A stretch of 64,000 nucleotides of DNA, from NCBI GenBank assembly GCA_038153405.1, contig JAYOYH010000007.1, positions 63,234-127,233 of the forward strand, written 5' to 3'. The notes beneath the pieces were generated by a model. That model searched no databases. It was not told where the DNA came from and saw nothing but the letters and a program-made list of their open reading frames with translations. A program made the position numbers and the translations under genes. The first letter of the stretch is position 1; each line of letters starts with the position of its first letter. Of this stretch, positions 43,731 through 53,316 are shown piece by piece. The DNA is from Gemmatimonadota bacterium. Lineage in GTDB: Bacteria > Latescibacterota > UBA2968 > UBA8231.

Positions 43731-45008
43731 ATGGAAGTTATGCGAACTGGGCGCTGGCTGTGGTGTTGCGTACTGCTGTGCTTTAGCTGCGGGACGCCGG
43801 AGCGCATTCGGCCGGGTGAACCAGTTAGAGTTGTCCTATGGGAATTCGGCGGCGTGCCCGGGGTAATCGAGTGGAGTAAGCAGGCCGTCGAACGGTTTAA
43901 CGCCGAGCGCGACGATATCCAGATCGAGCTAGAATTTCGCGATTGGGCCACGCAGCGCGAGAGCTTGATCAGCACCACAATCTTGGGCGAGGGACCGGAT
44001 ATCGTCCGCGTTCACCACAAATACTCCGTCGAGTTTGGCGAGTTGGGCGGCCTCTATGCGCTGGAAAGCTTCGCCGATTTTCCGGCCGTAAAAGAGCGCA
44101 TTCTCGACAACGTGTGGGAGCCGGTGGCCTACGGCGGCAAGCACTACGGTCTGCCGGTCACGATGCTGCCCTTTATCCTAGCGGTTAATCGAGTCATTCT
44201 CGATGAAAATGGTGCGCACATACCCAATACGTGGGAGGAAATGCGCGCCATGGGACCCGGTCTAAAAGAAGCGGGTATCCACGCTTTCACCATGCCGGGT
44301 GGGGTCAACTTAGATACCGCCTATCGCTTTTTACCCCTGCTGTTTCGCGCCGGTGGGCGCGTGTTCAATGAAGACTGGACAGCGGCCGCCTTTAACGGTC
44401 CTGCGGGAGTTGCGGCGCTGACCTTTCTCGTCGAGATGAAAGAAGCTGGCTATATGCCGTCGGCCACTGCGGCCTACCGCTTTGATGAGAATGCCGCCCA
44501 TTGGGCTACCGGTAAAGCGGCGCTGTCGATCGAGGGGCCGTGGTGGCAAAATACCATGTCTGGCAATTACGATTTTGATCTGGATAAACTGCAGTTGGCG
44601 CAGGTCCCCGGTCCGGCACAGCTCTACGAAGACCATCCCTCTGGCACCCTGCTCGACGTAGTTATGGTGGCTATCACCGGCTATAGCCCGGTGCCCGATC
44701 AGGCTTGGGAAGTGCTCAAGGCGCTCTATGTCGAAGATCCGGTATGGCGCAAGCCCAATCCCAATTTGGGGGGGATACCCACGCAAAAAGCCGCCTATGC
44801 ACCCGGGGTGGAAAGCGATTATATCGGCTTAGACGAACTGGCCGAGGCCGGGCGCAACGGCATAAGCTGGCCCGGGCACCCCGGCATTACGGAGATCCAA
44901 CGCCACATAGCTGATGCGGTAAATATGGCCCTGACGGGCACCCTGTCCCCGCGCGAGGCGCTCGACCAGGCTGCAGTAGAGGTCGACGAAATTCTGAGTG
45001 ATTATTGA
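43731..45008 (+). CDS. Carbohydrate ABC transporter (CUT1) substrate-binding lipoprotein
   Basis: Lipobox CFSC; PDIV, YGGKHYGLP, IPNTWEE, GKAALSIEGPW. Start is 43731 or 43740. Confidence 0.9.
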   Translation: MEVMRTGRWLWCCVLLCFSCGTPERIRPGEPVRVVLWEFGGVPGVIEWSKQAVERFNAERDDIQIELEFRDWATQRESLISTTILGEGPDIVRVHHKYSVEFGELGGLYALESFADFPAVKERILDNVWEPVAYGGKHYGLPVTMLPFILAVNRVILDENGAHIPNTWEEMRAMGPGLKEAGIHAFTMPGGVNLDTAYRFLPLLFRAGGRVFNEDWTAAAFNGPAGVAALTFLVEMKEAGYMPSATAAYRFDENAAHWATGKAALSIEGPWWQNTMSGNYDFDLDKLQLAQVPGPAQLYEDHPSGTLLDVVMVAITGYSPVPDQAWEVLKALYVEDPVWRKPNPNLGGIPTQKAAYAPGVESDYIGLDELAEAGRNGISWPGHPGITEIQRHIADAVNMALTGTLSPREALDQAAVEVDEILSDY

Positions 45009-45009
45009 T

Positions 45010-45909
45010 ATGGATCCCAAGCGAAGAGGTCAGCTAACGCCGTATTTGTTTCTGCTGCCGGCACTAATTGTGCTGGCGGTAGTTATTTTATACCCCGTCG
45101 TCAACAATCTGACGATGAGCTTTTACAAGGTGCGCCTGCTCAAAGCCAGCGGTGGCGACGTTTTCATTGGCTTGGAAAACTACGCCAAACTGTTGGGCAG
45201 CCGATCCTTTGGCAACAGCGTCTGGGCTTCACTGCGCTTTGCCATCCTCTCGCTGCCCCTGGCCTTTATTCTCGGCTTGGGGATGGCGCTCATCTTTAAC
45301 GAGATCAAAAAATACCGGCCGGTCTTCACCGGCTTTCTCCTCGTGCCCTGGGCCATAGCGCCGGTCGTGACCGGCTATATGTGGCGCTGGCTTTTTCACG
45401 ATAGTTTTGGCTTAGTCAACTACAGCTTGTTAAGCCTCGGTTTTATCGATGAAAACGTAGCGTGGTTGGCCGAACCCGATGCGGCCATGGGAGCGGTAGT
45501 TGCGGCCAATATCTGGCGTTTTATGCCCTACATAACCATCATGCTGTTGGCCGGTTTGCAGGGCGTTTCCACCGAGCTCTACGAAGCAGCCCAAGTCGAT
45601 GGCGCCAACGTATTTCAGCGCTTTTTCAACGTGACGCTGCCGCAGCTCCGCCACGTTATTGGCGTGGTATTTCTTTTCGCCACCATTTGGATGGTCAACG
45701 ACTTTGCCCTGATTTTTATTATGACAGAGGGAGGGCCGGCCAAAGCTACAGAAGTCGTTCCCATCACGATTTACCGCATTGCCTTTGAGCATTTGCGCCT
45801 AGGGCGGGGGGCGGCAGCCGGCTTGCTATTGCTCGTTTTTCTGCTGTCGATGAGCCTGTTTTTTATACGTATGTTATTCGCCGAGAGGAAGGCATCCGAT
45901 GCGCATTAG
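45010..45909 (+). CDS. Carbohydrate ABC transporter permease (MalF-like)
   Basis: PYLFLLPAL, FIGLENY, EAA loop ELYEAAQVDGANVFQRFFNVTLP. Confidence 0.93.
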   Translation: MDPKRRGQLTPYLFLLPALIVLAVVILYPVVNNLTMSFYKVRLLKASGGDVFIGLENYAKLLGSRSFGNSVWASLRFAILSLPLAFILGLGMALIFNEIKKYRPVFTGFLLVPWAIAPVVTGYMWRWLFHDSFGLVNYSLLSLGFIDENVAWLAEPDAAMGAVVAANIWRFMPYITIMLLAGLQGVSTELYEAAQVDGANVFQRFFNVTLPQLRHVIGVVFLFATIWMVNDFALIFIMTEGGPAKATEVVPITIYRIAFEHLRLGRGAAAGLLLLVFLLSMSLFFIRMLFAERKASDAH

Positions 45910-46738
45910 AACGCAGGCGCGCCTGCGCGCGGCTCTCGGGTATGGGCTTGGCTCTATTTTTGTCTTTGCGCTCGTGTTGCCGCTTATCTGGGTCGTCACG
46001 ACATCCATTCGCCCGTTGGCCGAAGTGACCAGCACGCCGCCGGTCATTTTTCCGCGTTCCTTCACCTTTAATGCCTATGTCGAGCTGTGGGATGCCGGTC
46101 CTTTTCTAAAATATTTCCTCAACAGCGTCGTAATTTCGCTCAGCACTGCGCTCATTGCGCTGGCCTTTAGCATCAGCGCGGCCTATGCCTTTGCGCGCTT
46201 CCGCTTTTGGGGAGGTACGGCACTGCTGATGGTGGTCGTCATGTCGCAGATGCTACCCGGATCCTCAATTCTCATACCCCTCTTTCAGGTGATTCGCGTC
46301 CTCGGCTTACTCGACACCCACCCGGGTATGGTACTGGTCTATACCGGCTTTGCCATTCCCTTTTGCACCTGGTTACTCAACGGCTACTTTCGCGCGATTC
46401 CAGTCGACTTGGAACAGGCTGCGCTCATCGATGGGTGCAACCGCCTTGAGCTGCTCTATCGGATTATTCTTCCGCTGGCCGCTCCGGCCATTATTGCCGT
46501 GGGCACCTTTGCCTTTTTGCTGTCGTGGAATGAGTTTCTCTTCGCCTTTGTGTTCACCAAGTCCAAAGCGCAGACCATTGCCGTTGGTTTGCGCACCGCT
46601 TTTCTCGGCCAATACGTCAATAAATACGATCAGCTCTTTGCTGCTTCCATTATATTTAGCCTGCCGCCCATAGCGATATTCGTCGGTTTGCAGCGCTATT
46701 TTGTGCAGGGTCTTACGGCAGGAGCAGTAAAAGAATGA
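45899..46738 (+). CDS. Carbohydrate ABC transporter permease (MalG-like)
   Basis: FLNSV, AAYAFARFRF, IPVDLEQAALIDG, SWNEFLFA. Confidence 0.93.
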   Translation: MRIRTQARLRAALGYGLGSIFVFALVLPLIWVVTTSIRPLAEVTSTPPVIFPRSFTFNAYVELWDAGPFLKYFLNSVVISLSTALIALAFSISAAYAFARFRFWGGTALLMVVVMSQMLPGSSILIPLFQVIRVLGLLDTHPGMVLVYTGFAIPFCTWLLNGYFRAIPVDLEQAALIDGCNRLELLYRIILPLAAPAIIAVGTFAFLLSWNEFLFAFVFTKSKAQTIAVGLRTAFLGQYVNKYDQLFAASIIFSLPPIAIFVGLQRYFVQGLTAGAVKE

Positions 46739-46754
46739 GGAGACAATACACCCA

Positions 46755-47747
46755 ATGTTAAAGAATGCACTTCGCGTAGCGGCCTGCGCTTTAGTGGCAA
46801 CGGCGTGCGGCAACGGCCAGCCGGAAGGCGCACCGGGCGCCTTGAAAGTCGGTTACGTCGTCAACTTTATGTCGCATGAGTGGTATCAGAATATCTGCAA
46901 AGCGGCACAGCGCCACGCCGCTACCCAGGGCGTGGATTTAGTTATCGCCGACGCGAATATGGACGTAGCCGCGCAGATTTCCAAAGCGGAAAACCTTCTG
47001 GCTCAGGGAGTCGACGTATTGGTGCTTACACCAGTCGATGCCAAGGCAATGGGACCTGTTGTTCAGCAGGCCAAAGCGGCCGGTGTGAAAGTAATTACCG
47101 AGTCCAACCCCGTGCCGGGCAGCGATACTTATGTGGGCATTGACAACGAAGCGAGCGGCTATAAAGCAGGCAAATGGTTTGCCCAATATGCCAGTGACCG
47201 CGGACTGAATCCGCGCATTCTCGTCATAGGCTTTCCCAATTTTGAAGACTGTCGGCAGCGCGTGGCCGGCTTTAAGCGCGGTCTAGCCGAGAGTGGCATT
47301 GACTATGCAATCGTACAGGAAGTGGACAGCCAGGGATTGAAAGAGAAGGCGTTTAAAGTGGCCCAGGATGCGCTGACGGCGCACCCAGATATCAACGTAA
47401 TTTTTGGCATTAACGACGATTCGACCTCCGGCGGTATGGCCGCCTACAAAGCAGCCGGGCTGGATGAGGGGGGGCTGACGGCCATCGGATTTGGCTTTGA
47501 AGGCGTCGTTGGGCAAACGGCGCTGATGGGCGATACCTCCTATCGGTCTGCGCTCGGCATGTTTCCAGACTTTGTCGGGGTATCCCTAGTCGACGCGGCC
47601 ATTCAACTGCACGCTGGTAAGCAACTGCCCCACCACTACGAAACCCCCACCATCATGATCACCAAAGAGAACGTCGACCAGTTTTACGACCGTTCGGCAC
47701 AGCCCTTTGCTATGAAGATCGACGCCGTGCGGAACCTGCTGCCGTGA
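46755..47747 (+). CDS. Monosaccharide ABC transporter (CUT2, RbsB-like) substrate-binding lipoprotein
   Basis: Lipobox ATAC; DANMDVAAQIS..ENLLAQGVD, VGIDN..SG, HPDINVIFGIND. Confidence 0.92.
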   Translation: MLKNALRVAACALVATACGNGQPEGAPGALKVGYVVNFMSHEWYQNICKAAQRHAATQGVDLVIADANMDVAAQISKAENLLAQGVDVLVLTPVDAKAMGPVVQQAKAAGVKVITESNPVPGSDTYVGIDNEASGYKAGKWFAQYASDRGLNPRILVIGFPNFEDCRQRVAGFKRGLAESGIDYAIVQEVDSQGLKEKAFKVAQDALTAHPDINVIFGINDDSTSGGMAAYKAAGLDEGGLTAIGFGFEGVVGQTALMGDTSYRSALGMFPDFVGVSLVDAAIQLHAGKQLPHHYETPTIMITKENVDQFYDRSAQPFAMKIDAVRNLLP

Positions 47748-48715
47748 AAAAGTGGGCCGGTCGGATAGTGCAGAACGAGCAGGCCGGTTTGCTGTTGGCG
47801 CTCATCCTCTTGTGCGTAGTTCTCTCCTTGCTGAGCCCGGTTTTCTTTACCGCGATTAATATCAAGAATGTGCTGCGCGATGCTGCGCTGGTGGCCATCG
47901 CGGGGACCGGCATGGTGATGGTTATTTTACTGGGCGAAATTGACCTCAGCGTCGGATCGACGCAGGCGGTGGCGGGCATCGTTGCGGTCTCCGTGCTCAA
48001 CGCATTCTCGAGCGTGGTGCTGGCGCTGGGCGCGTCGCTGATGCTGGGGGCGTTTATCGGCTTGCTCAACGGCCTGTTGATTACGCGTGCGCACATAAAT
48101 TCGCTCATAGCTACGCTGGGTATGATGGCCATTCTGCGCGGCAGTGCGATGGTTTCTACTGGGGCCGTGTCGATTCAGGGGGCGGTCGATGGCTTTGTCG
48201 AGGTGGGCACGGGGCATATCGGTCCGATTCCTATTCCCGTGCTAATCGCCTTTATCCTACTGGCGCTATTCTTCTTTGTCCTCCACTACACCACATTTGG
48301 CCGCTATATCTACGCCATCGGGGGCAATCCGCAGGCCGCGCGTCTGTCGGGGTTGGCCGTCGACAAAACGCGTATTCTGGTCTTTGTCATCGCCGGTGCG
48401 TTGGCGGCGCTGAGCGCCTTTATTCTCGCATCGCGGCTCAACTCCGGGCAGCCCAACGCGGGGTTGGGTTTTGAGCTACAGGTCATTGCCGCCGTAATCC
48501 TCGGCGGGATTAGCTTAACGGGCGGCGTGGGTACGCTAGCCGGTTCGGTGATTGGCATTCTCATTCTCACCGTGCTGAGCAACGGCCTCGTTCTGCTCAA
48601 TGTCTCTTCCTTCTATCACGATATCGCGCGCGGGTTAGTCATTATTCTCGCCGTGTACCTCGATACGCGGCGCAAGCAAAGCCTGCTGCGGCGCATGCTG
48701 CGCGGCGCACAATGA
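47744..48715 (+). CDS. Monosaccharide ABC permease (RbsC-like)
   Basis: GEIDLSVGS, TTFGRYIYAIGGNPQAARLSG, GFELQVIAAVILGG.SL.GG.G. Confidence 0.93.
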   Translation: MKKWAGRIVQNEQAGLLLALILLCVVLSLLSPVFFTAINIKNVLRDAALVAIAGTGMVMVILLGEIDLSVGSTQAVAGIVAVSVLNAFSSVVLALGASLMLGAFIGLLNGLLITRAHINSLIATLGMMAILRGSAMVSTGAVSIQGAVDGFVEVGTGHIGPIPIPVLIAFILLALFFFVLHYTTFGRYIYAIGGNPQAARLSGLAVDKTRILVFVIAGALAALSAFILASRLNSGQPNAGLGFELQVIAAVILGGISLTGGVGTLAGSVIGILILTVLSNGLVLLNVSSFYHDIARGLVIILAVYLDTRRKQSLLRRMLRGAQ

Positions 48716-50211
48716 ATGTCCCGCTCCTAGCGCTAAAGGGCATCGATAAATACTTCCCCGGGGTGCATGCGCTGCGGGGCGTTGATTTCGAAATAGCGGA
48801 AGGCGAAACTCATGCGCTCGTGGGGGAAAATGGGGCGGGCAAGTCGACGCTGATAAAGATCATCGCCGGCGTCTATGCACCCGATAGAGGACACCTCGAA
48901 ATCTCGGGAGCATCGACGACGTTGGCCAATCCGCGCCAAGCACAAGATCTCGGGTTAGTTGTCGTCTATCAGGAATTGGAACTGGTGCCCTCGCTGTCGG
49001 TGGCAGAGAACCTCTTTTTTGGCCGACTGCCGAACCGAGGCGGTCGCGTGCAGTGGAGCCACCTCTACCGGGAGGCTCGACGCCTGCTGGGCGAAGTGGG
49101 GTTGGACGTAGACCCGACCGACAAGGTCGGCTATCTGGGCATCGCTGCCCAGCAACTCGTGGAAATTGCCCGCGCCCTTTCTCAGCGGGCTCGGCTGATC
49201 GTGATGGACGAGCCGACTTCGGCGCTGAGCCCCCAAGAAATTGCGCGGCTGTTGGATTTGGTGCGCGATCTGCGCCGGCGCGGCGTTTCCGTTCTATACG
49301 TCTCGCACAAATTGGAAGAAGTGCTGGAAATAAGCGACCGAGTCACCGTGCTGCGCGATGGCGCAAAGGTAGCCTGTAAACCTACGGCAGGCCTCGACCA
49401 ACAGCGTCTTATTACGCTGATGGTGGGGCGCGAATTGGGCATGGGTTTTCCCGAGCGCACGGGCGATGCCGGCCAGGTAGTACTCGAAGTAAGCGATCTA
49501 AACAGCGACGCCGTGCGCGATATCTCCTTCTCGGTCTTCGCCGGCGAAATCGTCGGTTTTTCCGGTCTAATGGGGGCGGGCCGCACCGAATTGGCGCGGG
49601 CACTGATCGGCGCCGACCGCCGTACTGCCGGGGAGATACGCGTCGGTGGAGAACGATTGCCGCCGTCAGACCCTCAGGCAGCACGCGCACTCGGGCTGGG
49701 TTTGGTGCCGGAAGATCGCCGCGAACAGGGCATTTTCCCCCGTCGCAGCGTATGCGATAACGCCAGCATTGCCGCGCTGTCGGCCCTGAGTCGAATGGGT
49801 TGGGTGCAGCGCCGCCGCGAGCGAACGCTGGTCGAGCAGCTCATTGCGCGACTGCAGGTGCGCACGCCGGATATCGATGTTCACATTGCCAATTTGAGCG
49901 GGGGCAACCAGCAAAAGGTGCTACTGGCGCGCTGGATGATGGTAGCCAATCTGCGCGTGCTGCTGGTCGACGAGCCCACGCGCGGTATCGACGTTGGAGC
50001 CAAGAGCGAAATTTACCGCGTGCTCGACGAAATGGCTCGCCAGGGGCTGGCCATCATCGTACTTTCATCGGAGATGGAGGAAGTGTTGGGGCTTTGCGAT
50101 CGCATCTACGTCATGTGCGAAGGGCGCATTACGGCGCACTGCACGCGCGGTGAAGCCACGCCCGAAGCGTTGTTAGCGAGCGCGTTACCCAATGGACAAA
50201 GGGTGGTCTGA
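48712..50211 (+). CDS. Monosaccharide ABC ATPase with two NBDs (RbsA-like)
   Basis: GENGAGKST, MDEPT, GLMGAGRTEL, LSGGNQQK, DEPTRGIDVGAK. Confidence 0.95.
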   Translation: MNVPLLALKGIDKYFPGVHALRGVDFEIAEGETHALVGENGAGKSTLIKIIAGVYAPDRGHLEISGASTTLANPRQAQDLGLVVVYQELELVPSLSVAENLFFGRLPNRGGRVQWSHLYREARRLLGEVGLDVDPTDKVGYLGIAAQQLVEIARALSQRARLIVMDEPTSALSPQEIARLLDLVRDLRRRGVSVLYVSHKLEEVLEISDRVTVLRDGAKVACKPTAGLDQQRLITLMVGRELGMGFPERTGDAGQVVLEVSDLNSDAVRDISFSVFAGEIVGFSGLMGAGRTELARALIGADRRTAGEIRVGGERLPPSDPQAARALGLGLVPEDRREQGIFPRRSVCDNASIAALSALSRMGWVQRRRERTLVEQLIARLQVRTPDIDVHIANLSGGNQQKVLLARWMMVANLRVLLVDEPTRGIDVGAKSEIYRVLDEMARQGLAIIVLSSEMEEVLGLCDRIYVMCEGRITAHCTRGEATPEALLASALPNGQRVV

Positions 50212-50215
50212 GCGC

Positions 50216-51256
50216 ATGCAATTTCTGTCGGTACTAAGTCTTACCCTCTTTCTGAGTAGCTGCGCGCCGCTGACCCTGCCCGAAGAGATGACGCAAGCGG
50301 GGGAAAGCGCCTTGGCAGTAGGCGAAGCCGTCGAGCAGGTCAGCCATCTCGAAGTGTTTCTGCAGGCAAAGCGCGCACGGGATGAGGAGGCCGACGTGGC
50401 GCCGAAGTACGTGGCCGTGCTGCCCTTTATCGACGAGTCGGGCTTTCGCAAGGACATATGGGACCTCGGTTGGGAAATGGCCCGCATGCTCAGCCAGGAG
50501 GCGGTGGCTAGTGCGCAGTGGCGGGTCGTGCCCTACGAAGCGGTCGACGAATTAATGGGCAAGCGGCGCGTCCTCAGCATGGAGGCGCTGTTGGAACTGG
50601 GGCGCCAGCTCGAGGCCGATATCCTTTTCCTCGGCACCATTGACGACTACGATATGAGGCGTCTATCGGTCGGAGATCCCATGCTGGGCGGTTATAAATC
50701 CTATGTTGGCGCGGCCGCTATGCGCGTGGGCGCACTGCGCGTAGTCGATGGCACCGACCTGGGCATGGTGGTGAGTGAACGCGAAACCAGCGATAGGGAT
50801 CTGGGGTTAGATCTACTGGGCAAGCCGCGCGACCAAGATGTGCAATTTGCCGATCTACGCACGATGGAGTTTGGTAGCACGCGATTTCGCGAATCGCTGT
50901 TGGGCCAGGCAACGCTCGCTGCGATGGAAGAAATTATTAGCGGAATGGAGTCGCTATTCGAGCCGGAAGACCTGAAGCTCGATGGCCATATGCCGGAAGT
51001 GCTCTCCGTATATGGGGAAGACGTGTACATCAATATCGGCAGTGAAAACGGGCTGCACGTCGGCTATCGATTTTCCGTATTTCCCGGTTTTGGCCGCGTA
51101 GCCAAGGATGATCCGCAGGCATTGGTGCGATTGGGGGTGGTCGAAGTCAAAGAGGTGATTGGCAACCGCCTATCCAGCGTGCGCATTATTGAGGGAGGCC
51201 AAGCCATTCGCGCAGGCGATCGGCTAAGTGCCTATCGGCAGGAAGCGGGAGAATAA
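50216..51256 (+). CDS. Lipoprotein with CsgG/TolB-N-like alpha/beta domain and FlgT_C-like domain
   Basis: Start placed at ATG 50216. Lipobox LSSC; VAVLPF...LGRQLEAD.LFLGTI; VYINIGSENGLHVGYRFSV...GVVEV.EV...S...I..GD. Confidence 0.68.
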   Translation: MQFLSVLSLTLFLSSCAPLTLPEEMTQAGESALAVGEAVEQVSHLEVFLQAKRARDEEADVAPKYVAVLPFIDESGFRKDIWDLGWEMARMLSQEAVASAQWRVVPYEAVDELMGKRRVLSMEALLELGRQLEADILFLGTIDDYDMRRLSVGDPMLGGYKSYVGAAAMRVGALRVVDGTDLGMVVSERETSDRDLGLDLLGKPRDQDVQFADLRTMEFGSTRFRESLLGQATLAAMEEIISGMESLFEPEDLKLDGHMPEVLSVYGEDVYINIGSENGLHVGYRFSVFPGFGRVAKDDPQALVRLGVVEVKEVIGNRLSSVRIIEGGQAIRAGDRLSAYRQEAGE

Positions 51257-51285
51257 GTGTGTAGTGGGCAAATAGGAGAAAGCGG

Positions 51286-52332
51286 GTGGGCATGATGCGA
51301 AGAGTCGGAGCCATTGATTATCGCGGGCGCGGAGTCTGTATAGAAGAGGAGCTTCCCGAGCTTGCCGCGGGTCAGGTTCAGGTCGAGGTGGCCGCCTCGC
51401 TGATAAGTCCGGGCACCGAACTGGGGCGGGTCAAACACATGCGCAGTGAAGCCCAGGACGAGCGCCCCCCACGCCCCTTTGGCTATGCCAACGCAGGTGT
51501 GATAGAGCGGGTTGGCGAGGGCGTCGAACAATTTTCCGTCGGACAGAGGGTTGCCTGTATGGGTGGAGGCTATGCCCTGCACGCCGATCGGGTCTGCGTT
51601 CCGCAGAATCTCTGCGCTGCCGTACCCGACGGCGTGTCGTTAGAGGCGGCGGCCTCTGTGCACTTGGCCGCGACGGGACTGCATGCCATACGGCGTACGG
51701 CCCCTCTATTTGGCGAAAACGGCATGGTCGTCGGCATGGGATTAGTCGGCCAGTTCAGCGCGCAGTTTGGCCAATTGTCGGGCTGTCACATAATGGCGGT
51801 TGACCGCGTGCCGTTGCGCTTGGAAAAGGCGCACGAGAACGGCATTGAAGGAGGGGTAAACGCTGCCGAAAACGATCCCGTAGCAATGGCGGACCGGTTT
51901 GCTGCAGGGTGCGGTATGGACTTTGGTATTATTGCCTTTGGCGGCGAGGCGACCTCTGCTTTTGAGCAGCTGTACAAGAGCTTGAAGACGACGCCGGACG
52001 GTCATCGCATGGGCCGCATTACCATTGTCGGCGGAGCCCATATCAGCCACGGCTTCGCCGCCGGTTTGGGCAACGTCGACGTGCGCAGCGCCGCGCGCAC
52101 CGGACCGGGCTACCACGACGAGGCCTACGAACACGGCAGGAACTATCCGGCAGTTTTTGTAGAATGGCCGACCCAGCGCAACCTGAACGAATGCCTGCGC
52201 GCCATGGCCAGCGGAGCGCTGCGCGTAGAATCGCTCTACACGCACCAATTTGCACTGAGCGATATGGCCGACGCGGTCGATGTGCTGGTCGAAACGCCCG
52301 ACCAGGCTTTGGGCGTGGTGCTAAAACCCTGA
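51286..52332 (+). CDS. MDR-fold oxidoreductase lacking Zn ligands
   Basis: SLISPGTE, PFGYANAG (in place of GHE), FSVGQRVA, VVGMGLVGQ. Confidence 0.85.
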   Translation: MGMMRRVGAIDYRGRGVCIEEELPELAAGQVQVEVAASLISPGTELGRVKHMRSEAQDERPPRPFGYANAGVIERVGEGVEQFSVGQRVACMGGGYALHADRVCVPQNLCAAVPDGVSLEAAASVHLAATGLHAIRRTAPLFGENGMVVGMGLVGQFSAQFGQLSGCHIMAVDRVPLRLEKAHENGIEGGVNAAENDPVAMADRFAAGCGMDFGIIAFGGEATSAFEQLYKSLKTTPDGHRMGRITIVGGAHISHGFAAGLGNVDVRSAARTGPGYHDEAYEHGRNYPAVFVEWPTQRNLNECLRAMASGALRVESLYTHQFALSDMADAVDVLVETPDQALGVVLKP

Positions 52333-52336
52333 TGGC

Positions 52337-53080
52337 TTAGACCGGTTCGCCTGTAACGAGGTTGCGCTTGCCCTCTTGGGTGAAGGTGACCGTGGGTAGG
52401 TCGATCTCCTGGCCGGCGATCATTTGCTGCAACAGCTTGGTCACGCCCTCAATGGCCGGGCCCACCAGTGCCTCGCCTTTTTCGCGCGTGCCGAGGGCGG
52501 CCGATTCGTTATCGATGGCGTCCATTTGCACGCGCTCGGGTGCCAGATAGAGCATGGTGGAGGTCTCGTATTCATCGGCGTGACCCGGCAGGCGGCCATT
52601 TTCCATATACTGCTGGACCATATCCGGATCGTAGACATCCCAATAGGACTGAAAGCGCAGATTGATCTTTAGCTTTTCTCGGTACTCGTCTATGCGCCGC
52701 ATCATTGGTTTGACATTGCCGCCGTGGCCATTAAGGATGAGAATATTTTCCACCCCGGCGCGGGCTAGCGAGTGGCATACATCGTAGACGTATTCGCAGA
52801 ACACTTCCGGGCGCACGGTCAGCGTGCCGATGTGCTCCATCCAGTGCTCGGAAACGCCGATGGCCACCGGCGTGGCAACGACTACGTGCGGCAGTAAATT
52901 CTGCGCGGCCTTTTCAGCCATGTGCGCCGCATGCAACGTGTCGTGGATCATGTGTAAGTGCTCGTTGTGCTGCTCGGTGGCCGCGGTGGGCACGATGGCC
53001 GCCTTGATGGTGCCGGCCTGCATGCGCTCGCGAAATTCTTTGCGGGTTAGGTCGCCGATAAATACGCGTTGATCGCTCAT
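52337..53080 (-). CDS. Creatininase/MftE family amidohydrolase
   Basis: Start placed at ATG 53080 (AAGGAG RBS). TEQHNEHL..HD, NGHGGN, HADEYETS. Confidence 0.88.
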   Translation of the reverse strand: MSDQRVFIGDLTRKEFRERMQAGTIKAAIVPTAATEQHNEHLHMIHDTLHAAHMAEKAAQNLLPHVVVATPVAIGVSEHWMEHIGTLTVRPEVFCEYVYDVCHSLARAGVENILILNGHGGNVKPMMRRIDEYREKLKINLRFQSYWDVYDPDMVQQYMENGRLPGHADEYETSTMLYLAPERVQMDAIDNESAALGTREKGEALVGPAIEGVTKLLQQMIAGQEIDLPTVTFTQEGKRNLVTGEPV

Positions 53081-53316
53081 GACGGGCTCCTTTAAATGAG
53101 TTCGAAAAAGTTCAGAGGCGATTTCCTCACCATACGTGCGTAGTGAAGGCATGCGGAAGGTAATGGGCCCAATGGGGCCAGTCAAGAAAATGGTCCCGAC
53201 CTATTCGCTGCTGGCGTCCATGAGCCGCGGTGCCGTATTCGCGTTGAACAATAATCTGTCCTCTCTCCGGAGAGGGCATTGGGCAACAATGGCTCGCCCA
53301 AGTCGAGTGGTGCACT

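Noticed and set aside
53263..53274. 12-bp perfect palindrome CTCTCCGGAGAG in a divergent intergenic region
   Set aside because: Single GC-rich occurrence with no second copy noticed; compatible with chance.
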